DNA of 32,000 nucleotides from Ureaplasma parvum serovar 3 str. ATCC 27815 (GTDB lineage Bacteria; Bacillota_I; Bacilli_A; Mycoplasmatales; Mycoplasmoidaceae). The position numbers and the translations under genes are program-made. Positions 22,799-32,000 of this stretch are shown in pieces. Below the pieces are notes generated by a model. It worked only from the letters and a program-made list of their open reading frames with translations, was not told where the DNA came from and did not search any database. Where the stretch lies: positions 30,001-62,000 of the forward strand of contig NC_010503.1 of assembly GCF_000019345.1 (NCBI RefSeq), written 5' to 3'. Every line of letters begins with the position of its first letter. Within the stretch, counting starts at the first letter, position 1.

Positions 22799-25174
22799 AT
22801 GAAATTTATTAAACGTAAAACAAAATTATTAACGATTACAATTGGTGCAGTTGCTGTGAGTTCAATTTTATTAGGAGGAATTTTTTATGGTACAAGTCAA
22901 AAAAGTCCTTCAAGTTTTGGTATTGCTTCTATTGATCAAAAAGAAAATTTTATTAATAAAGACAATTTAGATTACCAAAAAGCAAGACCATCAATTAAAG
23001 ATAATAACTTAAAAGAAATTCCCAAACCAAAACCTCAGCCAAAACCAGAACCACAACCAACACCATTTCCAGATCCCATCCCAACACCTCCAAAAAAAGA
23101 AGAGTTAAAAAAACCAGAGATTAAACCAGAAGAGCCTAAAAAGCCTGAAATTAAACCAGAACCAATTCCTAAACCAAAACCTCAGCCTATTCCTCAACCA
23201 ACACCTCCTGTTGAAACTAAACCAAAAGAAGAATTATTACCACCAAGCCCACCACCTCCAAAAGAAGAACCAAAACCAGAACCAGATCCACAACCACAAC
23301 CACAACAAATTCCTAACCAAAGTACTGTTAGAAAAATTGAATTGAATGGTGTTTTAGTGGACGCTGAAGTTGAAGTTCCACCCCCTCGTCAAACTTTTAA
23401 ATATGATCAGGATAATGGATTATCAAATCTTAATCCCTATACAAATATAAGTGTTGGGAAAATTAAAAAAGTTTTTGTAACAGATGAGTTGCGGCACAAA
23501 TCAGCAGATTTAGTGCGCGGGAATTTAAAGCGTGGCGATTATCAAAGTTTAGTTAAAGATTTATTAGATCCAAATATAAAACCAGAGGAAATTGATAGTT
23601 ATATCGCAATGGTTGATAAAAGTGGATATCACGCTAAATTATGAAGTAAATTTAAAAAACTATTTGATACAGACAATGTTGTTAATTTTCTGAATGAACA
23701 AGGTAAAAAAGAATATCCTAATATGAAAACAAAATTTGTTTCTGATGCGCACAAGTATGCTTGATTATATGCTCATTTAGATTTTTCAAAATTCACTAAA
23801 CTTTCAGCCAATTCTGAAAAGTATTTACAAGAAGGTTTAACGCCTGATCCAGATAATTCATATGTTAATGAAAACGGCGAATTAGACTCATATGCTTATT
23901 CACCTGCTAAAGAATATAATACAGTAACAAGCCGTTTAGCAAATGATAATGCTAACCGAAGGGTGTTTGGGTATAACGAATGATACAATCGTAGTCCAAA
24001 TGGTTTAGCTAATGGTGATTATCCTGGTTGAAATAAATCAGATGCAACAGCTGAGTTCAAACAGTATGGCATTAAAGATGGTGATGGTATTAAAGTTTAT
24101 AAACTAGAGCGCCAAAAACCACAAGAAGGTAAATTAAATACTGGATATATTGTTGATATTGATGCTGATAATCCTGATGGATACCAAAAAACAAAAGAAT
24201 TAATTCAAAAATTAAATAATCAAAACAAAAAAATTACAGGATATCGAATTCGTAACATGGGGAAATCAGATTCAGGACAAAAGTTCTCTGATATTCTAAA
24301 AGCCTTACCAAATGAATTGCCATTGCTTGAATTGTTCTTTTCTGCTGGTTCACATAATACGTCAGCACTTTCTGCTCTTGAAACTAAACATATTAAAGAA
24401 CTTGGGTTGTATACATTAGGTAATTCATTATTAGATGAATGATCAATTAATCCAAATGCGCTTCGAAAAGTAGAATGAATTAATTCTAATGATTATAATG
24501 TTTCGTCAGAATATAAACAAGGATCAGATATTGCTACACGAATTACTTTTGATACTCTTTCTTTTGATAAAAATGATTTCAATGATAATGCAAATGATCT
24601 TCGAACAAAATTAAAACGTATTAATGATGGATTACGAATGGTTTATTGAACAAGAAATAATGAACCATTCTTTCAAGGTGGATTTGGTCCAGGATTAGAT
24701 CCTGATCATAAAGAGGTGGGAAATAGTTATCCCCAAGGTTTAGACTTTAGTCGTGTCCCTCAAATTCGCTCATTACGGGGTTTAATATTTAAAGACGAAC
24801 AAAAAGCTTCAAACAATCGTGAACGTAAATTAAGAAGAGTTAATTTCTTTAATGATAAAGAAAATTATGAAATGTCAATTAATGATTTAAATGAAGCTGG
24901 TTTTAGTGAACATATTGTGACTAATGAACCAATGCCTCCTAAAAGTAAAATTACTTTTAGTAATGGTAATGCTACAAAACGTATTTACATTAAAGGCAAT
25001 GGTAGTCTAACTGCAAGTGGTATTCAAAATTTAGCTACATTATTTAATCTAGCAGAAAGTTTAGATTCTAAATCTGTTGTTGTTGATTCTAATAATTCAG
25101 AATTAAAGTCACAATTAGAAGGTTTAGGATATAAAGTAAGTGATGCTTCTGACGCTAACTATATTGATATTTAA
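22799..25174 (+). CDS. MIB-like immunoglobulin-blocking/binding membrane protein, copy 2
   Basis: Track ORFs 22799-23644, 24257-24442 and 24716-25174 in one frame (791 aa). Same architecture as copy 1 with an almost identical N-terminal 75 aa. Confidence 0.88.
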
Positions 25175-25188
25175 TAGAAGGAATTATT

Positions 25189-27792
25189 ATGAAAATTAAA
25201 AAACTTATTGCAAGCGTTAGTATAATCACACCAATTGTGTTTGTTTCAGCTTTAGCAGCGTCTTGTGTTAATAATAAACATGAAGATAAAAATATTGTGC
25301 ATAATAGTAGTGACCATGGTAATAATAAAAAAAATAATTTTACTAATGATTTAAATCAAAATTTAACAACCCACGAATTTAAATCAAATTTAATAAGTAC
25401 TTCCCAATTAGATAATATAGCCAAATTAATTAATTTTACTTATGAAAATAAAGCTAATACTTATTTAAAAAATATACTTATTAATCAATTAAAACATTCA
25501 CCTATTCAAAATCAAGATTTTAAACTAGAAATTATAGGTTTATATCCTAAACAAAATTCCTTGCAGGATTTAATTATTTATTATAAGTTAACTAACCAAA
25601 AAACAAAGGAGATTAAAGGTTATTATTTTGAATTAAATGGTTTTAAAAAACCAGATAACACCATTTTTTCAAATCAATTAACGCCTGAGCTAAAAAAAAT
25701 TATTGATACTATTCAATTCAAAAAAACTTTTGATCTCGTAATTAATAATCAACAAGTATTAAATTATGAAAATGTTTTACCTTCACAAATTAAAAATCAA
25801 TTATTAATGGGTTTAAAAGTTATTCAAAAAGAGTATACAGACAAAATTAAACTAAGTGTACTTGATGTTTTATTCATTAACGAGGGTGGGCAAATTAACG
25901 CTAATAAGTTGGGGGCTTTTTCTTTATTATTAGAGGTTTTAGATCTTAAAAGTAAAAAAACTTACCAAATTCTTATTCCTGTTGATAAATTTAAAACTAA
26001 TCCTTATGGTGCTGATGAATATGATTTATTGCCAACGCAAGTTAATAACGGATTTGCACCAACTAGCTTAGCTCAAATTAATCAATACAATAATGCTGAT
26101 CAACAAACACGTTATTTATATGATAATGAAAATTATTTAAAATCATTAAAAGCATATCAAAGAAATGTAAATTGATACCAAATACGCCAAGATTTAATTA
26201 ATAATAAACAAAAAATTAATGAATTTGATCAAAAAGCACCACAAGTTTTTCAAGATAGTTATGAATCTGCTGCTCGTAAAGGTTTTACTTTACCAGTATA
26301 TGATGAAGATGGTAAATACCAAGGTTTATCATTTAACGAAACTGAAATTGGAAAAAGTGTTTCGTGAGTTGATGCAATTGGAAAAGATCAATGGAAAATA
26401 AATGGTTTGGCTAGAACTTTGCCTAATGATATGTATAAGCAAATTGCTTTACAAACATTTGGCATTCAAATTCAAACGCCAAATGGTAAACCACGCGAAT
26501 CTGATGTAGTAGCTGGAACAATGTGAATTATGGATTATCAAAAAAGAAATGATAATAAATATCCTACTAAATGGTATTTTGGCACAAATTTACATGTTGC
26601 AGAAGCATTAAAGTCAACAACAACAGTTTTTGGTATTAATAAGATAATGCCAACAGTTAAGACTAAAACTACTTTGGGTTTAGCGAACGCTGATGATAAT
26701 ATTTATCGTTTTAGTTTAGTTAGTAAAGATAATCAACCAAATATGGATAAACCTATTAGTAATGGTATTAAAACAATCTATGATGGTCGTGACTTCTTAA
26801 AATTAAATCCTAGTGACTTATTAACATCAAAATTAAAAAATAAATACCATAACCTACAAGAATTTGTTGATTTTGCTGTTTTTGAAATTGATTTTGAAAA
26901 AATAAAACTCGGCTCTATAACGAAAAATTTTTATAGTGGATCAGATTGAAGTGTTGATAAATATAATAATTTAGATCCAAGTGAATTAGCTAAATTAATC
27001 ACAAACGATTATGCACAAAAACCAAATGAACAAATAAAATTTTTATCAAAATCTTATTTAAATGATTATGCACGTATTAATGTACCTTTGGATTCAAAAT
27101 ACAATCAGGCTTTTGACACAAATAAATATGATGAATTATATGCTGTAGGTTGGCCAAGCTCTGCTTCTGATTATTTCTTAGACCCAATTAAAGATCAGAA
27201 ACAATTTGAATCAAGACGTGAAAGTTATAGTTTATGAATTAATTCTAATTATCAATTTTATAATAAATTAAATCATAATCCTCCTTTGTTTCCTCTTACA
27301 CAAATAAATCGTGGTGATTTCTTGTCATATAATATTGGTTATCGTAGTTTTACTAATAAACCTGGATTGCTTGATGCTTTTATTGCTAGTCCTATTACTG
27401 GTAAAACTGTACATAAATCAACTGATAATCAAAATTATATTGGGTTTGGTTTAAATTATTTACCGATGCATTATTCTCCAATTGGGGGTTCATCAGGGAC
27501 AAGTCTACGTAATCAAAAAAATGAATTAGTGGGAATTTGGCATGTTGGTAATGGTTTTGCCCAAACAGGTTTGGCTGCTGCTTTTCGATCTGAAGGCTAT
27601 GATTATCATGGATTATATGGTAGTTATAACTTACCACAATATGATTTGATTTATGGTGGTGGAAAAGATCAAAAAACTTCCTATCGCCAAGCAATGATGG
27701 CGTTATATAAAAATAAAAATATTGCAACCGCTTTATTCCCTAATGGTTTTGGTGAAGATCAAATCCCCAGTGCTTTTAAATTTAAAAATTAA
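25189..27792 (+). CDS. MIP-like Ig-specific serine endopeptidase (DUF31 lipoprotein), copy 3, without a following MIB
   Basis: Track ORFs 25189-26175, 26530-26949 and 27286-27792 share a frame (867 aa). Signal ending ...FVSALAASC; WYFGTNLHVAEAL, EFVDFAVFEIDF, HYSPIGGSSGTSLRNQKNELVGIWHVGNGFAQTGLAAAFRSEGYDY. Confidence 0.9.
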
Positions 27793-27821
27793 TTAACTTT
27801 TATATTGAATTAGAAAATTAT

Positions 27822-29312
27822 ATGATGAATACAAAAACATTTACTTCCGTTAATAGAGTAATTTATGATGATAACTATTCGCTAAAGCAACAACAAAAAA
27901 GTAGCTTTATCAATCAATTTTTAAAAGGATTGTTATCTGCTATTACTTTATTATTCTTTATTTTACTTTTAATCTTTGCTGAAAATACGTTGTTTGGTTT
28001 AGGTTTTGGTGATGAGAATAAATCAATGATGATTTCAAAATCGCTAAATGCTTTTTTTGATTTACACAGCCCTAAATATTTACAACTTAACTTTTTAATT
28101 GTATTTCGCTTTTTTATTTTAAGTTTTACACTGTTTTATACCTTAATCAAAAATTTCACAAATCTTTATTGGCATCGAGCAACCATTAAAAAATACTTAC
28201 CATGATTCGTTTTATATTTAGTGATTGCAACAATTAGTTTCTTACTATTTTTTACTTTTTTTAGTGTTTGACCAAAAGAAGTTTTTAATTTAGTATTTTT
28301 ACTATTAGTGTTATTTTTATTAAATTTAAGTTATGAAATATTTAATTATTTTATTTCTAAAAAAACTAACCCTTTATTATACGATAATTATAAAAATTTA
28401 ATTATTGCCATGGTTTTTCAAGCGTTATTACTATTATTTGTAATAATTACCCCCCTTGTATGAATTAATACAGGTAAAAGTCCTAACTTTTTATTTGTTG
28501 ATAATCGTTTCTACACACGCATAGTTGATATCTTCACTGTTCAATCAGGTAAAAATTTTATTATTTTAATTGCTTTCTTCTTCTTTTTAATTACATTTAT
28601 TGTTTTAGCAAATACTAATTTTTTCGCTTTAGTAATTAATAAACGTTACGATCGTAATTATGTTAAGAATAATTTATGATTTATTTTACTTTTATTTAGT
28701 GCTATATTTATTTGATTATTAAGAGTTTTTGCATATAAGCACGAAAATGAAAATCTACCGGTTGGTAACAACCATTTATTATGAGTTTATATTTTACAAA
28801 GTTTTTTTGCAATAATCATATTAATACTATATATGGTATTCACTTTAAAAAAACGCTTAAGCGTAAAGAGTAGTTTAAATACTTTATTAAATTTAGTAGT
28901 CACTCAAACAATTCTAAGTTTAAGCTTGTTTTTAGTAACATTATTTAATTCTAAGAGTGTGGTTTCTTTAATTAATGTTTTTATTACAATTACTGTACAA
29001 ATGAGTGTGTTTGGAATCTACATATTTCAAAATAAAAACATTTCAACTAAATTATTGGTGCTATTAAAGGTTATTATGATTTTAATTATTTTAACCGCAG
29101 CAATTGTAGGTTTTGATTATTTATTAACATCTGATCATCATAATAACTATTTATTCTCAAACATTCAACCGAAAATGAATTTAGTACAAATCATGTTGTT
29201 ATTAAATTTTAGTTTGAATTTTACTTTAATTAGTTATTTAACAATTAAATTTGCAATGGTAATTTTTAAAATCAATAAGCTAAATAAGGAGTTAAACAAT
29301 GAAAAAAAATAA
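27822..29312 (+). CDS. F1-like ATPase-associated multi-pass membrane protein (MSC_0624-like)
   Basis: Track ORFs 27822-28205 and 28833-29312 joined in frame (496 aa), many hydrophobic segments. Identity inferred from topology and from its position as first gene of the operon below. Confidence 0.75.
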
Positions 29313-29814
29313 ATCTAATCTGACACCTACAACAAATTATTTTGATGTATTTAATACTTATAAAGAGAAAAAAGCAAGTGTTGATTTAATTACATATGAA
29401 GAATTAATGGCATCAGTTTTATTTGATAATAAATTAGGTTTTGAATCAGAGGTTTATTTAGATTTTGTTAAAAAATTTACATTAGCTTTTGAAAAAAAAC
29501 TAGATATTTGATTTGAAAATTTTATTATTAATTTCAATTTAAATTTAAAATTTTCAACAACTATTATGATTCCAATATTAGTAACTAAAGCTAATTCTAC
29601 AACTGATGCAATTAATTTTAGAAATGATCAAAATCCTGTTTATAATAATTTTTTAATTTCATATAACCAAAAAATTAAAAAATTATTACTTCAAAATCAT
29701 CCTGTTCAAATTCTTCCTCATTTGATTTTATTTAAATCAAATCTTAATGGTAGTTTAGTGCTCGTATTTAGTGAAAAAATTATCGCTTCAATTGAACAAA
29801 AATCAGGAAATTAA
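29299..29814 (+). CDS. F1-like ATPase-associated protein (MSC_0623-like)
   Basis: 171 aa, overlaps the preceding gene by 14 nt. Frame of track ORFs 29299-29511 and 29566-29814. Assignment by gene order. Confidence 0.65.
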
Positions 29815-29816
29815 GT

Positions 29817-30731
29817 ATGCAATTAAAAGATTTAATTAATAAAAAAAAGAATTTAAATAATATTAATTTAAAAGTGAGTAACGAACGTAATATTTTTTTA
29901 ATTAATATTATGAAACTAAATCAGCGATTAACTTTTTTTAGTAAAAATGCTTTTGAAATAAAAGAATCAATTCTAAGTTTAAAGCGTATTTATAATATTA
30001 AACATGATATGTTAAGACATGAGGAACGAAAGATTTTTAAGTTTTTAAATAAAATTAATGATCGTGTTTTATGGATTTATTTAACTGAAGAGCAAAAATA
30101 TAGTACTGATTCATATTCGCGTTATGAACAAAAAATCTTAAAAACGATTAAATCAAATCGTGATGATTTTATTTTGATCGGTCAAGGAGCAATTGAATTT
30201 GGTAAGAATCATAATTTAAATGTTCTGCAAACATTTAATGACTCAAATATTAAAAATTTAACTACACAATTAACTAAAATGATTATGATTTTATATACTT
30301 TTGATAATTATAAAAAAGTTAATTTTGTTATTAATTCTAATAAAAACTATGATGGACACTTTACTATATTACCAATGAATGAATTTAGTTTTGATAAATT
30401 TATTAATTTACAAAAATGCGATTCTAATATTATTGATTTTCAAAAAGTAAAAATTTATCCAAATTTAAATGAATTTATTAATGTCCAAATTAATGTTTTC
30501 TTAGTTAATATTATTAATACTTTAATTACTGAATCATCTTTTTATAAAACAAAAAATGGACTAGTAGCTACTAATAATATCCTAAAAGAACTAGATGATA
30601 ACCTTTCAAAAATTCAACGTAAAATTACACGTGTAAAGACAGAGTTGCAAATTGAAGAAATAAATTTATTAGCAAGACAAAATATGAATGAAGATGATAA
30701 TGATAACGATGGTGGTGTTTATGAATCATAA
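29817..30731 (+). CDS. F1-like ATPase gamma-like subunit (MSC_0622-like)
   Basis: 304 aa. N- and C-terminal helical regions (MQLKDLINKKKNLNNINLKVSNERNIFLINIMKL ... SFYKTKNGLVATNNILKELDDNLSKIQRKITRVKTELQIEEINLLARQNM) resemble the gamma-subunit coiled-coil termini; gene order supports it. Confidence 0.65.
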   Translation: MQLKDLINKKKNLNNINLKVSNERNIFLINIMKLNQRLTFFSKNAFEIKESILSLKRIYNIKHDMLRHEERKIFKFLNKINDRVLWIYLTEEQKYSTDSYSRYEQKILKTIKSNRDDFILIGQGAIEFGKNHNLNVLQTFNDSNIKNLTTQLTKMIMILYTFDNYKKVNFVINSNKNYDGHFTILPMNEFSFDKFINLQKCDSNIIDFQKVKIYPNLNEFINVQINVFLVNIINTLITESSFYKTKNGLVATNNILKELDDNLSKIQRKITRVKTELQIEEINLLARQNMNEDDNDNDGGVYES

Positions 30732-31200
30732 TTATAATATTCAAATTACATTACTTGAAAACAAAAAGTTTAATATTGATAATGGTTTATTATATGTAAA
30801 TGTTAATGAAGAAAATACATGACAAAAAATTGAAAACAACACCGTTTTAGCCTATGAAATAATCTTATTAAAAATAGTTGATGATGATTATAAAAAAACT
30901 TTTTATTTATTTCTAAAAAACACACATATTTCTGTTTTAAATAACATCGTTAAAATTCAAGCATTAAATGATTTACATTTCTTTATTAAAGATGGATTAA
31001 ACAAAAAAAATAATCATAAAAAAGAGTTGGTAGATAAATATAAAAATATTACTAATAATATTTTAGAACTTGAAGCTAAACAACAATTAGGATTAACTCT
31101 AAGTGAATTTTTAGATCTTGATAATCTAAAACAAGAACAATATATAACTAATATGCAAATTAGATTAAATTTAGTGGAGTATAAAAAAGATGAGAAATAA
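30721..31200 (+). CDS. F1-like ATPase epsilon-like subunit (MSC_0621-like)
   Basis: 159 aa with one TGA=Trp, absent from the ORF track: MNHNYNIQITLLENKKFNIDNGLLYVNVNEENTWQKIENNTVLAYE... Overlaps both neighbours; position and size fit the epsilon slot. Confidence 0.6.
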
Positions 31201-32000
31201 ATTGAAAATAAAATTAAAATTTTTAGCTTCACTAGCAACAATACCAATTGTAGCTTCACCATTAATTTTTTCTGTTGCAGCTAATGAGGATGGTAAACAA
31301 GAAAACAATAATGGTAATAATCATGATCCTAATCAACAAAAAAAACCAAAAATTCCTAAAAACGATCCTAATTTTAATACTTTTAAAACTGATGCTGATA
31401 AAACTGTTAAAGATAGTTTAGAAAAAGGAATTAATGCTGCTATTGTTTATGTAAAATCACGTCAAGAAGAAATTTTAGAAAATAAAGAAATTGAGTTTAA
31501 GAAAAAAATTCAACAACTAATTTATTTAAAAAATCTGCAGTCATATCTTGAGAAAAATAAAGAAAACATCTTAAAAAATCCTAATGATTATGGTTTTTAT
31601 TTAAATACTCCTCAAATTTTAGGAACTCTTAAAAATTATGATATTAAAGATATTGAGTTTAATGGAGAAACATATAAGCAAATCAAAGTTGGCAAAACTG
31701 ATCCTTTAAATTATCAAAAAGCCGTTGCTCCAAAAGGAAAAATTAGTGATGTACAAAGTGATCAAATTAATGATGTTGAAGAAACAAAATACAAAGATAC
31801 GTTAAAAAAATATGAATCTGAATTTTTAAAAGAAATTAATAAATTAATTTATGATGAAAATGATGTTCCACAAATTAACAAAGATGTTGAGTTAACACGT
31901 GATGAAAAAGGACAATTTAATACAACTTTACCTAAAGGTTATAATGATTGAAACGCTTATTTTATTTCTAAAATAAAAGATCGTGTTACAGCATTTGATT
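31190..32000 (+). CDS. F1-like ATPase-associated subunit with N-terminal signal/anchor (MSC_0620-like), truncated by window edge
   Basis: Open from ATG 31190 through TGA at 31949-31951 to the end. Hydrophobic leader MRNKLKIKLKFLASLATIPIVASPLIFSVAANEDGKQENNNGNNHDPNQQKKPK, then Lys/Glu-rich helical sequence. Confidence 0.65.

Noticed and set aside
17879-25174. Considered whether the MIB/MIP repeats represent an assembly duplication
   Set aside because: Apart from short tracts, the two MIP-MIB units differ throughout, so a simple assembly artefact is unlikely.
2024-31951. Apparent fragmentation of most long genes into multiple ORFs in the supplied track
   Set aside because: Breaks are at TGA codons with the same frame continuing on both sides; code 4 (TGA=Trp) explains them. 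Only the methyltransferase has genuine frame changes.
1-32000. CRISPR arrays, rRNA or tRNA genes
   Set aside because: No regularly spaced direct repeats and no tRNA-like or rRNA-like conserved segments noticed. This was a manual read, so a tRNA scan would be needed to be certain.

Overview
AT-rich Mollicutes (Mycoplasma/Ureaplasma-type) chromosome window that uses genetic code 4. Many ORFs in the supplied track are broken only at TGA and read through in frame as Trp, so I merged them. Layout: (1) minus-strand Tex-like S1 RNA-binding protein, partial at the left edge. (2) A solitary DUF31/trypsin-fold lipoprotein protease. (3) An accessory/defence-like block at about 4.3-11.75 kb: a membrane protein, a two-gene operon with a Panacea (DUF4065) antitoxin-like protein and a small unknown protein, an AlbA_2/Schlafen-type protein, a type II restriction-modification pair whose N6-adenine methyltransferase is broken by two compensating frameshifts at A8 tracts, and a second AlbA_2/HATPase-type protein. 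(4) Housekeeping mnmG (gidA) and rsmG (gidB), then two adjacent PQ-loop/SemiSWEET-like proteins. (5) The most notable locus, 15.3-32.0 kb: a tandem MIP-MIB-MIP-MIB-MIP array (Ig-specific serine endopeptidase-like and immunoglobulin-blocking-like proteins). It runs directly into the start of an F1-like (type 3, 'F1-like-X0') ATPase operon with MSC_0624-, 0623-, 0622-, 0621- and 0620-like genes; the last is cut by the right edge. The MIB-MIP system and its association with F1-like ATPases are already described. What is specific here is the copy number and order, the unpaired third MIP, the near-identical MIB 5' ends, and a long poly-T tract upstream of the array. All assignments come from reading the sequence; no database search was run.
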